This document shows, piece by piece, positions 54,352-64,000 of a stretch of 64,000 nt of DNA (the first letter of the stretch is position 1; each line of letters starts with the position of its first letter). Under the pieces are notes generated by a model. That model was not told where the DNA came from, ran no database searches, and worked only from the letters and a program-made list of their open reading frames with translations. The stretch spans positions 3,720,001-3,784,000 of the forward strand of contig JAQOWU010000008.1 of the NCBI GenBank assembly GCA_030867685.1, written 5' to 3'. Made by a program: the position numbers and the translations under genes. This DNA comes from Wickerhamiella versatilis (lineage: Eukaryota).

Positions 54352-57021
54352 ATGGAGCGCGTTGAAGTGCATTCCAAAAGTTTTGTAATTCGCTGGGCCC
54401 ATGTACAACCTGGGTATGTTGTACAGTGGCAGATAAGGCCTCTAAAGAAGAGTGTGTCATTTGGGGTGTTTCAGCATCAAGCAGTGGATGATGGTTCTGC
54501 TGCGAAAGATATCAACATGGCAGGGGGATCCATCTCGCAACGTTTAGCGAGTAATGGTTTTAAACCAATTGAGAATATCCGACGTATTCAAGCCAACGAG
54601 ACCTCAGAGGGTTCTACTAGCGTGACAAGCGGTCAGCTAATCGCCTTCGTAATAGATAATACTTTCTCAATTTCGACAGCAAAGACGGCACAGTTTTCTT
54701 TCACTGCATTCCCAGTGGGTGCGGGACCCTCTCCTTCTCCAGGCGTCGAAGAAGAAGTATCGGCAATACGTCGGAGACGTAGTACTCTTGTGTCGATAGA
54801 TCAAAACCCTGAAGTATCTAGTGATGGCCGCTTCATTAGTTGTTCTCTCCTCAAAAAGCGTCGTAAGAACTTTCAAGGATATGGAAGACGCTACTTTACG
54901 CTCGACATGAAACTTGGTCTGCTCAAGTACTATCTGAACGAAAGGTCAAGTTATTTGAGAGGTGTCATGCCTCTGAAGATTGCGGAGATGGAGTTTGACA
55001 GCGGAACTAGAGAAATAACGCTTGATTCTGGCGTTGAGCGATGGCATCTCAGGGCGCTCAATGAGGATGGTTTCAAACACTGGGTTTCTGTACTCAAAGC
55101 TTGCAGATCTTCCATTGACGAATATAATGGCGATTCGCATGAAAGCAGTCCATCAGATGTCAATGATATTGACAGCATGAATAGTAAATCCTCACTTGAT
55201 ACTATGGGATTAGAAAACGTTTTGGCCAATTTGCGGACTTCTATTGACAATATACGAACTCAGAACATATCTTTGGATCTCTCATCACTTGAATCCGTAT
55301 ACAAGAATTTAGACAGAACAGTCAATTCTGGAAGTAGCGGGAAGAGTGATGCCAATTGTTCCAAAACGTCAAGCTCGTCAAGCCCCAAGAAAGTTCCATT
55401 GGTAAAGGAGAAAACCAAGTCAAAAAAGTATAACGAGAAGCCCAAAACAAATGGAAGAATGACCGAATATCGACAACCCCAGTTGCTGAGCTGGAAAGAA
55501 CCGGTAACTGGAGGTATTATAGGTCTGCTGGGGTTGTTCTTTTTTAGTGAAAAAAATTTGGTAATTTCCACAGTTCTTGCTGGAATATTGATTGGACTTC
55601 TAGTCTCTCTGAAACTTCAATCACCAGCTATGTCTTTTCTTCAAGCGCCAGCTTCAGAAAATATTTTATCGCAGGATAATAGTGACATTGATGGTAGTAA
55701 CTCGAGTGATACTGAGACAGTGTTGGAACCACAACATATCCATTTCGTTCCACAGCGTCCTCATAGTCATCTATTAACGAGTGAAAGCGAAACCGATAAT
55801 AAAACCGAGAAAACATCTGATGAAGCTGTAGAAAGTGATGAAGAGGAAACAGCTGAGACAAATTTATACCCGCTACCGCATGAAAAGGTTGCTCGGCGAA
55901 AAGATGTACCTGGTCCTAAAGAAGCTCCCCCAAGTATGCTTTCAATGATGAGACGTGCTGGTAAAGATTTCGGCCAGTTTGCTGCTCCAGTGTCCACAAA
56001 TGAACCGGTTAGTGCACTTCAGCGTATTGCTGAAATATATGAAAGTTCCGAACTTCTAGACAGGGCCGCAAAGGCCAGCTCTTCTAGAGAGCGAGTCATG
56101 ATGGTAGCTCTCTTTTCCATTTCTCAGTTAGCTACAGTTCGGTGTAAGGAAAGATGCCTGAGAAAACCCTTTACACCGCTATTAGGTGAGAGTTTTGAGA
56201 TGGTAAGAGAAGATAGGAACTTCAGGTTTGTGGCTGAAAAAGTTGTACATAAGCCTATCGTGATTGCAAGCCAGGCTGAATCTTTACTATGGACTGTACA
56301 CTACACTTCACGACCCTTGCAAAAGATATGGGCAAAAAGTATTCAATTAACCGACCCTGGTCCTATACGTGTGACGTTTGCCGATGGCGAAAGCGTCACT
56401 TTCATCGGGCCAGAGATGTTTATTCGAAACATTCTTGCTGGTGAAAAGTATATTGAAGCAGTAGGTTCAATTCAGGTAGAGTCCTCTACTGGTGAGATCG
56501 CGAATGTTGAATTTAGGAGCGGTGGGATGTTCAGCGGACGAGCGGAGGAAGTACGAATCGTATCACAGAGCGATCCAAGTTTCATTTTTGAAGGAACATG
56601 GACCTCTGAGATGCGTAGAATTGTAAATGGAGAGCCAAGTGATGTTCTGTGGTCAGTAAAACCTTTAATTGACAAACCTAACGACCATTACGGATGGACC
56701 AGATTTACAGCAGAACTCAATGAAATTACCGATCTGGAAAAGGGGCATCTTCCACCCAATGATTCTCGACTACGACCTGATATACGGTTTTTAGAGTGTC
56801 AGAATGTCGAGAAGGCGGACGAAGTCAAGATTGAGTTAGAGCAGAACCAGCGGCATCGTCGCAAACAGTATGAGGATGAAAATAAAGTGTGGCAACCTAA
56901 ATATTTCTCACAGTCTGATGATGCCCAAGGGTTTTATGCTCTTAACTCAGGAAAGCGCAACTATTGGGTCCGTCGCGAAGCCAATGATTGGACTAATATT
57001 GAGGATATATTCTCTTTATAG
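54352..57021 (+). CDS. OSH3: Oxysterol-binding protein homologue Osh3 (GOLD, PH and ORD domains)
   Basis: MERVEVHSKSFVIRW (GOLD); LLKKRRKNFQGYGRRYF (PH); NEPVSALQR, RKPFTPLLGESFE, LPPNDSRLRPD (ORD). Confidence 0.9.
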   Translation: MERVEVHSKSFVIRWAHVQPGYVVQWQIRPLKKSVSFGVFQHQAVDDGSAAKDINMAGGSISQRLASNGFKPIENIRRIQANETSEGSTSVTSGQLIAFVIDNTFSISTAKTAQFSFTAFPVGAGPSPSPGVEEEVSAIRRRRSTLVSIDQNPEVSSDGRFISCSLLKKRRKNFQGYGRRYFTLDMKLGLLKYYLNERSSYLRGVMPLKIAEMEFDSGTREITLDSGVERWHLRALNEDGFKHWVSVLKACRSSIDEYNGDSHESSPSDVNDIDSMNSKSSLDTMGLENVLANLRTSIDNIRTQNISLDLSSLESVYKNLDRTVNSGSSGKSDANCSKTSSSSSPKKVPLVKEKTKSKKYNEKPKTNGRMTEYRQPQLLSWKEPVTGGIIGLLGLFFFSEKNLVISTVLAGILIGLLVSLKLQSPAMSFLQAPASENILSQDNSDIDGSNSSDTETVLEPQHIHFVPQRPHSHLLTSESETDNKTEKTSDEAVESDEEETAETNLYPLPHEKVARRKDVPGPKEAPPSMLSMMRRAGKDFGQFAAPVSTNEPVSALQRIAEIYESSELLDRAAKASSSRERVMMVALFSISQLATVRCKERCLRKPFTPLLGESFEMVREDRNFRFVAEKVVHKPIVIASQAESLLWTVHYTSRPLQKIWAKSIQLTDPGPIRVTFADGESVTFIGPEMFIRNILAGEKYIEAVGSIQVESSTGEIANVEFRSGGMFSGRAEEVRIVSQSDPSFIFEGTWTSEMRRIVNGEPSDVLWSVKPLIDKPNDHYGWTRFTAELNEITDLEKGHLPPNDSRLRPDIRFLECQNVEKADEVKIELEQNQRHRRKQYEDENKVWQPKYFSQSDDAQGFYALNSGKRNYWVRREANDWTNIEDIFSL

Positions 57022-57050
57022 ATAACTAATGAAAAATAGCTAATGATTTC

Positions 57051-58646
57051 TCACGTCTGTGTTGGCATGTTAACCGAGGCTTCTGCATCTTTTGCATCCT
57101 GCTCATGCCATAGTGCCGTTACCGTCTTGTATTGAGTCAAAAAGTAGAGGCCAGCTTTACCATAGAAATTTGAATCACCGAGGAATGACTTTTTGTTTCC
57201 AGTGAACGAAAAAATAGGCAGTGGAACTGGTATCGGCACATTGATTCCAACTTGACCTGCCTCAATTTCTCGCTGGAACTTGTAAGCAATGGCACCTGAT
57301 TGAGTGAAAACAGCTGCACCATTACCATATGGGTTCTTGTTTACAAGACTAATTGCCTCATCCACATCTTTTGCCTCTACACAGACAAGCACAGGACCGA
57401 ATATCTCTTGATCATAGCACCTCATCCCAGGTTTGACACCGGTAATGACAGTTGGGCCCACAAAGTTGCCGTCAGGGAATTGGGGGTTCTTGAATTCACG
57501 ACCATCAAGGCTTATAGTAGCTCCATCCTCCTCTGCTGAGGTTATGAGGTCCAAGATTCGTTTACGAGAAGCCTCAGAGATAACAGGACCTAAGTCAGCT
57601 CCCTCTTCGAATCCACCAGTAACCTTAAGTTTTTTCGCTGCCTCAATAATATCCTTAATCCATTCCTTTGCCGGCCCAACAGTAACCAATGCACTGAGTG
57701 CCATGCAGCGTTGACCAGCAGCACCAAATGCAGCACCAACTACAGACTTGATAGTCCGATTCTTTGAAGCATCAGGAACCACAATGGCATGATTTTTGGC
57801 TCCCAGATTGGCTTGCACACGCTTCCCATTGGCAGATCCACGTTTATAGATATACTCACCAGCTTTGTCCGATCCGACAAACGAAATAGCCTTGATTCGA
57901 GGTTCATCTATGATAAAATCGACCGTAGGTGCGCTTCCATGAACGATGTTGATGGCCCCATCGGGTGCCCCAGCTCGCTTCGCCAATTCAGCTATGTAAA
58001 GTGCGGCAGCTGGAGTCCTTTCACTGGGCTTTAGAATCAACGCATTTCCAGTAATTAAAGCTAGTGGAATGCTCCAGAGAGGTATCATTGCAGGGAAGTT
58101 GAACGGGCATATGGCTCCTACAACTCCAAGAGGCTCACGGTACATACGAGTCTCCATGCCTTTGCTCACTTCGAGAACACTGCCGGAGAGATACTGAGGT
58201 CCAGCACATGCAGCCTCTGCAACTTGGAGTCCTCTTAAGACATCACCTTTGGCGTCAATAAACGTTTTGCCCTGCTCGATGACGATAAGTTTGGCCAGAT
58301 TGTCCATTTCAGCCCTAACTAGCTGAACCAGCTTAAATACCCATTGCTGCCTGGTAATAACGGTTGATTTCCGCATAATTTCTGCCGCCGCACTAGCAGC
58401 GTCACCGGCTGCCTGAAGTTCTTCAGGTGTTGTCTGTGGAACCTTGCTAACCAAGAAATTGGTTGCCGGGTCATGTACATCGATCCACTTATCAGTTTTG
58501 CTGTCTGAAAGCTCGTTGTTGATGAAATTGGGAATTCTTTGAACCACCGGTTTTGCATGACTTGTTGGAAATGTGAACTCATAAGAGGAAAAGGAACGAA
58601 GAATATTACTTGTCTTGTGCTTCATGGCACCACGAGTTAAAAGCAT
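57051..58646 (-). CDS. Methylmalonate/malonate-semialdehyde dehydrogenase (CoA-acylating), probably mitochondrial
   Basis: [52 protein letters not shown]. First ATG at 58646 gives a basic presequence-like N-terminus. Confidence 0.92.
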   Translation of the reverse strand: MLLTRGAMKHKTSNILRSFSSYEFTFPTSHAKPVVQRIPNFINNELSDSKTDKWIDVHDPATNFLVSKVPQTTPEELQAAGDAASAAAEIMRKSTVITRQQWVFKLVQLVRAEMDNLAKLIVIEQGKTFIDAKGDVLRGLQVAEAACAGPQYLSGSVLEVSKGMETRMYREPLGVVGAICPFNFPAMIPLWSIPLALITGNALILKPSERTPAAALYIAELAKRAGAPDGAINIVHGSAPTVDFIIDEPRIKAISFVGSDKAGEYIYKRGSANGKRVQANLGAKNHAIVVPDASKNRTIKSVVGAAFGAAGQRCMALSALVTVGPAKEWIKDIIEAAKKLKVTGGFEEGADLGPVISEASRKRILDLITSAEEDGATISLDGREFKNPQFPDGNFVGPTVITGVKPGMRCYDQEIFGPVLVCVEAKDVDEAISLVNKNPYGNGAAVFTQSGAIAYKFQREIEAGQVGINVPIPVPLPIFSFTGNKKSFLGDSNFYGKAGLYFLTQYKTVTALWHEQDAKDAEASVNMPTQT

Positions 58647-58910
58647 TGTCTCTATGCGTAGGTGACGGTATAACACAGACTGCAAGTTGGGGAAGATCAC
58701 TTACACTTCATTAATAGCCGCCGAAAGTGGGGAACCCAAACCCACCATACCAGCCGTATCGTGTCAACTCTGATGGCTGCGAGCTTATAGGTGTTAGGCT
58801 GGAAAACATTCAGAATCGGGCTCTTTGGTATTTTTTTTTAAGTTTCATTTAGCTTTATGTCCTGCTCTGACCAGAATTTAAGTTTGCGATCACAAACCTG
58901 TCATCAGATT

Positions 58911-58994
58911 GGGGCTATGGCTCAATGGTAGAGCTTTTGACTCCAGCGATAGCCGGATTTCAAAGGGTTGTAGGTTCGATTCCTGCTGGCCTCA
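58911..58994 (+). tRNA. tRNA-Trp(CCA) with an intron of about 12 nt
   Basis: Acceptor GGGGCTA/TGGCCTC-A; D arm GCTCAATGGTAGAGC; anticodon stem TTTGA/TCAAA with CCA at 58943-58945; GTTCGATTC; downstream T runs. Confidence 0.9.
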
Positions 58995-59096
58995 CTTTTT
59001 CTCCTTTTTTCGAAGTAAAGTCATTTAGTACATAAGCAATTGTGCTAATAGACTTTGATGTAAGTTGTGCACTCAGCATAAAACTTTAATAAATCG

Positions 59097-59168
59097 TTCC
59101 CAATGGCCCAATGGCAAGGCGTCTGACTACGAATCAGAAGATTCCAGGTTCGACCCCTGGTTGGGAAG
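59097..59168 (+). tRNA. tRNA-Arg(ACG)
   Basis: Acceptor TTCCCAA/TTGGGAA-G; TCTGA-CT-ACG-AA-TCAGA; GGTTCGACCC; T9 terminator downstream. Confidence 0.95.
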
Positions 59169-59256
59169 TAGAATGGAGATTAACCTCTCCAACTTTTTTT
59201 TTGACAGATTTTTTGCTAGTAATTAAGTTAATTGTTTATGTACATCGCTTTATCTT

Positions 59257-62229
59257 TCATATCATTCTCTGTTTTAAATTCCACGTCTTATCTTTTCCGT
59301 CCCAAGTGGCAACTTTTCGAAGCATTTGCCGTACATTAGCGACGTCTTGATCAGTGTTTATAGGAAGGTCGCATGCTTTGATTATATCACTTGAGGGCGC
59401 TTTCTGTTGTGGTTTGCTGGCAAGAAAAGCATGAACATGCTCTAATCTAGCAGCGTATCGCTCAATTTGAGAATCTGGGAGTTTTATGCGGCTGCGAGAA
59501 CTGCTCTCAAGATCTTGCTTCTCACGAAAATTAGCAAGAATTGATAAGGAGGTAGACTTTCCGGCATTTCCAAACTTGCCAGTCCAGGTAGGTGTTCCTA
59601 TCTTTTTTTGTCTTGCAGAGCTACGGGAGACCTTTAGAGCCTCTGCTGCTTGATTAGCAACACGACTAGCTTCACGCTCCATAAGTACGACATCTGGTCG
59701 CTTTGTATCCATAACAGCGTCATGCTCTAATGCCTTTTCTACACCTGCCTTTGCAAATATACCCTCGAGAAGCCCATCATCTGCCGAGTGGTTTACTTGT
59801 GATTCATTCACTCCATTGTCCCAATCTTTTTGTCGGCTTACTCCAGCCAACATAGAAATATCATCGCTTTCTGCTTTCCGCCCTCCACGTTCTCCAAAAA
59901 TGTCACTTGACTCCGAACCATCTCCCAGTGTAAATAAGTCATGCAGATCACTATTTTTGAAAAAGCGTCGTTGTTTTGGATCCTTGAGGATTTTGTTTGT
60001 TAGAAACTGCTTGAATATTTGCCTGTGATATATCTTTTCCTCGATCGATCCAGCGATCATGAGACGATATATCATTACTTCCTTTTTTTGGCCAAGTCTC
60101 CAAGCTCTTTCACGGGCTTGTACATCGGTACTTGGATTCCAGTCAGGATCATATATTATGACCCTATCTGCGCCAGTGAGGTTTACACCAAGACCACCTA
60201 CTTTTGTTGTAAGGAGGAACACACTGTATTTTGGATCATTATTAAATTGATCCACAAGTTTTTGGCGCTGTGCAATTGGTGTTGCACCGTCCATTCGCAG
60301 ATAGGAACAGTAGTCTGGCAAAATGTTTCTAACAAAGCTTTCAAGTATAGCAAGCATTTGACGAGTTTGACAAAACAGTAGAGTCCGATGATCTTCTTGA
60401 ATCCAAAGATTTAATAGAGCTCTGACCACTTCCATTTTTCCTGATTTAGATGGATCACCATAGTTGCGCTTTTTCGGGACAGACTCACCCGTTAGTAGAT
60501 CTGGATGATTACAGATCTTACGTAGTATGTCAATCCCATAAAGCACCTGTCGTTTCCCTGATAAAATAGATTGCAATTCTTTGCTTTTGAGAAACGAATT
60601 ATAAACCGCCCGCTGCTCAGAGGTAAGCTTGCAAAATAATACCTTCTCAGTTTTCTTTGGTAAGTCTTTGGCTACATCACTCTTCATCCGTCGTAACAGA
60701 TAAGGTGAGATAAGGTCACGCAATACCACAGCACACTTGTAAGCCGTTTGTACCTGGACATTGGTAGCATTGGCATATCCTCCAACATTGATGGGAACAG
60801 AAAACTCTTGTTGAAATACTGGTAGAGTACCCAACTTTCCAGGATAGACGAAGTCAAAAAGGCTCCAAAGTTCCGTCAGATTATTTTGAATTGGAGTTCC
60901 CGATAATATAAGTCGATAAGGCGTTTTTATGCGCTTGCAGGCTAGGGATATTTCCGCATTCGGGTTCCTTATTTTATGTCCTTCGTCAAGGCAACAATAT
61001 CCCCATTTGCGGCGATTTAAAAGCAGTCCTTGGTACGTTTTAATTCCCGCATAAGTCGTAATAATCACATGTCCAGTTCTAAACATATCAGATACAAGAA
61101 GTCTGGCCCGAGAGGGATCTGTGCGACCATTTGAATCAGAATTTTCTAATTCTTCCTCATCCGGCTCATACTTTACAGAACTTTCCTGTTGGCTATGGAG
61201 ACCTGAACCAATTGAGTGCAATATTGCCACGCGCAGCGGGGGCCACCACTGATGAAGCTCACTAACCCATTGGTTCAATACAGTAGCAGGGCATACGATC
61301 AAAACAGGATATTTAAGCTTCCCTGAGTAGTGAAGGCCAGCAAGGAATGCAGCTACTTGCACCGTTTTTCCTAGGCCCATTTCGTCACCAATGATGCCGC
61401 CAACTCTCTGACTATAAAGCTCCCAAAGCCAGCGTACCGCGGTTTTTTGGTAATTAAACAGACTTGACCAGATATCACCGGGAATTCTGAAATTATTATG
61501 GCCATCGATCACAGCATCGGGAATGGTAGGATGTGGTCTTTTCCATTCCTCTTCATTGTCATCTGGAATTGACTGTCGCAAACTAGTACGTTTTTGCTCC
61601 CATATACGGAGTCTTTTGGTGTAATTGTTAAATATACCATCATCACAAGTTTGGGTTCGGCATTCAGATGAACTTGAATCATCACTTCCACTATCCTCTG
61701 TTGCCAGAAATTCATCATTGTCATTTGACAATTTTGTTCGTTTAACACTACGCTCAAGCTTTACAGAAGGACGCGATAAATCTACATGAGAATCTGCATC
61801 CTCTCCAATATTCAAATCCTCTGTAGTTGTTAAATCTTGATTATCAAAGGGAGTAATCTTTCCGGTCCTCACGAGGTAGTCCCGTTGGCTTTCGCCAGTC
61901 TTGCGATCACCATGCGCTGATTCGTGCATGCGACCGATAATATCCACTTCATCAGCCTTTAATCTATTAAACTGAGTGAATTTTCCCTCAAGATCCTTGC
62001 GTGCTTTTTCACGCTGTGAAATCCGAGTTAGAGGATCAGCAATGCGATCCCGCAAGACATTAATATCGGTCTGGATATCAGCCATTTTGCGCCTAGTTCG
62101 ATCAAGACGCTTTTGTTCATTTTCAATGTCCTGCTTCCGCATACTTTCGGATGCTTCGGCTGCAATTGCATTTTCAAGTGAACTTTGGTCCACTGACCAT
62201 ACGCCAGTGGACCTTAATTCCGAATCCAT
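59257..62229 (-). CDS. RAD26: Swi2/Snf2 ATPase Rad26/CSB (transcription-coupled repair)
   Basis: [71 protein letters not shown]. Confidence 0.95.
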   Translation of the reverse strand: MDSELRSTGVWSVDQSSLENAIAAEASESMRKQDIENEQKRLDRTRRKMADIQTDINVLRDRIADPLTRISQREKARKDLEGKFTQFNRLKADEVDIIGRMHESAHGDRKTGESQRDYLVRTGKITPFDNQDLTTTEDLNIGEDADSHVDLSRPSVKLERSVKRTKLSNDNDEFLATEDSGSDDSSSSECRTQTCDDGIFNNYTKRLRIWEQKRTSLRQSIPDDNEEEWKRPHPTIPDAVIDGHNNFRIPGDIWSSLFNYQKTAVRWLWELYSQRVGGIIGDEMGLGKTVQVAAFLAGLHYSGKLKYPVLIVCPATVLNQWVSELHQWWPPLRVAILHSIGSGLHSQQESSVKYEPDEEELENSDSNGRTDPSRARLLVSDMFRTGHVIITTYAGIKTYQGLLLNRRKWGYCCLDEGHKIRNPNAEISLACKRIKTPYRLILSGTPIQNNLTELWSLFDFVYPGKLGTLPVFQQEFSVPINVGGYANATNVQVQTAYKCAVVLRDLISPYLLRRMKSDVAKDLPKKTEKVLFCKLTSEQRAVYNSFLKSKELQSILSGKRQVLYGIDILRKICNHPDLLTGESVPKKRNYGDPSKSGKMEVVRALLNLWIQEDHRTLLFCQTRQMLAILESFVRNILPDYCSYLRMDGATPIAQRQKLVDQFNNDPKYSVFLLTTKVGGLGVNLTGADRVIIYDPDWNPSTDVQARERAWRLGQKKEVMIYRLMIAGSIEEKIYHRQIFKQFLTNKILKDPKQRRFFKNSDLHDLFTLGDGSESSDIFGERGGRKAESDDISMLAGVSRQKDWDNGVNESQVNHSADDGLLEGIFAKAGVEKALEHDAVMDTKRPDVVLMEREASRVANQAAEALKVSRSSARQKKIGTPTWTGKFGNAGKSTSLSILANFREKQDLESSSRSRIKLPDSQIERYAARLEHVHAFLASKPQQKAPSSDIIKACDLPINTDQDVANVRQMLRKVATWDGKDKTWNLKQRMI

Positions 62230-62581
62230 TTTGCCTTATGCTGACTACAGCTAAATTCTTAATACTATACTGGCTATTCAATAAGGTTGAAGACACCGGA
62301 TAATACTAATTCGTAAAACACTGAGCTGTTGTTGTGAAGATTGCTCAGTGCCAGATAGTCCTGTTTATGCTCTGATAGAAGTTTGAGGAACAGATTCAAG
62401 TGCAGAATTATTCATTCTTACATATATTCAGAATGACCAATGGACGTAAAGGGCCACAAAGAGAGAATACGATAATTAATAAAAAATAATGAAGACTAAA
62501 ATAAATATTCATCTATTGAGCAGAGACTGTCTAAGTAGTTTAATTGGAGTTTGGTGCGCTATAGTTAGTCATCTGTCATAC

Positions 62582-64000
62582 ATGAACGGTGAGAGCATGT
62601 CTAGCGAACTCGATTCAGTCTTGAAGGAATTGTCGAAAAAGATAATTGACTACACAAGTCATGCTGAGTCTCCTGAGGGTAAAGTGGGGAGTCTTGAGAA
62701 TCCCCGTGAATTAAGTAGGTTGTTTGAACTGAATACTGATGAAGGACAGGGCCTGCAAGGCCTTTTGCGCTCAACGGATCTACTTCTGCAACATAGTGTC
62801 GTGACTTGGCATAGCGCCTTTTTAGAGAAACTCTATGCAGGTACTAACCCCGTTGGAGTTGCTTCAGATCTTCTGCTTTCTGTGTTAAACACTAATTCCC
62901 ATGTGTTCACGGCCTCGCCTGCTCTCACTACCATCGAGAGATACATCTCACGTCGTTATGCTAATATGTTTGGATTAGATGGAAATCAGGCTGGAGGTCT
63001 CACATTTCCTGGAGGATCATATTCGAACTTGACTAGCATGCACATGGCTCGCGCACTACGGTTTCCTGAGATTAAGTCAATTGGGAATGCAGGTATGAAA
63101 TTAGCGGTATTCACAAGCTCCCATTCTCACTATAGTGTGGACCAGGCCGCAATTCTACTAGGTCTCGGCACAGATGCGGTATTCAAGGTAGCTGTAACGA
63201 AGACCGGGGAAATGGATATGGATGACCTTGAACGAAAAATTGCTGATGCAAGGCGGGATGGTTGGACTCCGTTTTATCTCAATGGTACTGCTGGAACTAC
63301 GGTTTATGGATCATTTGATGATCTCGAAACAGCCGCTTCTGTAGCTCAAAGGGAAGGTATGTGGTTTCATGTCGACGGATCATGGGGCGGCAATGTTGTA
63401 TTCAGTCCGAAATATCGAATGAAATTACGCGGAATACATTTGGCGCAGTCCATTACTGTCAACCCCCATAAGATGCTAGGCGTTCCTTGTACTTGCTCGT
63501 TCTTACTAGTTCCTGATATCAAGGTCTTCACAAAGGCAAATTCATTAAAGGCTCCTTACCTGTTTCATAGTGCTGATGAAGACGATAATTGGGATCTAGC
63601 TGATGGTACTATGGGTTGTGGCAGGCGATCGGATGCGTTGAAATTGTACCTGGGATGGCAATGGTATGGGACTGAGGGTTATGGAAAACGGGTTGACCAT
63701 GCTTTTGAAATGACACAATATCTGGCCGAGAAAATAAAAGAAGCACCCGATTTCTATTTGATCTCTGAATACCCACCACCTTTACTTCAAACTTGTTTTT
63801 ATTACACTCCAAACAACCATTTGGGGGACAAAAGCGAAAATTCAAAGATCACGCGGCATGTTGTGCGAAAGCTACTTGAGGATTCAAAGTATCTTATTGA
63901 CTTTTCCTCAGATGCAAAGCATGGCGATTTCTTTAGAGTGGTTGTCAATGCACCTACCGTTACCAAGAAACTCCTAGACGATCTCATCGTTACAATAAGA
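62582..64000 (+). CDS. Group II PLP-dependent decarboxylase (GAD65/CSAD/aspartate decarboxylase-like), truncated at the window edge
   Basis: Manual translation: FLEKLYAGTNPVG..LNTNSHVF..FPGGSYSN..HSHYSV..GTAGTTVYGSFD..WFHVDGSWGG..NPHKMLG..GCGRRSDALKLYLGW. Not in the ORF track. Confidence 0.88.
   Translation, partial: MNGESMSSELDSVLKELSKKIIDYTSHAESPEGKVGSLENPRELSRLFELNTDEGQGLQGLLRSTDLLLQHSVVTWHSAFLEKLYAGTNPVGVASDLLLSVLNTNSHVFTASPALTTIERYISRRYANMFGLDGNQAGGLTFPGGSYSNLTSMHMARALRFPEIKSIGNAGMKLAVFTSSHSHYSVDQAAILLGLGTDAVFKVAVTKTGEMDMDDLERKIADARRDGWTPFYLNGTAGTTVYGSFDDLETAASVAQREGMWFHVDGSWGGNVVFSPKYRMKLRGIHLAQSITVNPHKMLGVPCTCSFLLVPDIKVFTKANSLKAPYLFHSADEDDNWDLADGTMGCGRRSDALKLYLGWQWYGTEGYGKRVDHAFEMTQYLAEKIKEAPDFYLISEYPPPLLQTCFYYTPNNHLGDKSENSKITRHVVRKLLEDSKYLIDFSSDAKHGDFFRVVVNAPTVTKKLLDDLIVTIR

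Noticed and set aside
58700-58840. RNase P/MRP-like words (GAAAGT.., CAGAATCGGGCT)
   Set aside because: The P4 pseudoknot halves are not complementary; more likely the MMSDH promoter.
59111-59350. 79-aa ORF
   Set aside because: Overlaps tRNA-Arg and the 3' end of RAD26.

Overview
Gene-dense, intron-poor budding-yeast (Saccharomycotina) chromosomal segment. ATP-citrate lyase, a PlsB/GNPAT-type acyltransferase, MMSDH and a strongly codon-biased Aro10-type decarboxylase suggest a Dipodascomycetes yeast, possibly the Wickerhamiella/Starmerella clade (inference). I support about 27 protein genes and two tRNAs. Three genes are missing from the ORF track: MSH3 (runs off the left edge), intron-containing QCR9, and a PLP decarboxylase (runs off the right edge). 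Most notable: (1) a tandem, mosaic trio of HGT1-like sugar porters that lack the TM1 Asp and carry an N-terminal coiled coil; (2) a GAPDH with NADP-type substitutions at the Asp32 and Pro188 positions; (3) an Osh3 with an internal hydrophobic hairpin and no recognisable FFAT motif; (4) RAD2 split by a one-base frameshift in a T7 run, with its ATG only 25 bp from the divergent ELP5 ATG. I saw no transposon, CRISPR array or obviously bacterial-derived gene. All family calls are from motif recognition; no searches were run.
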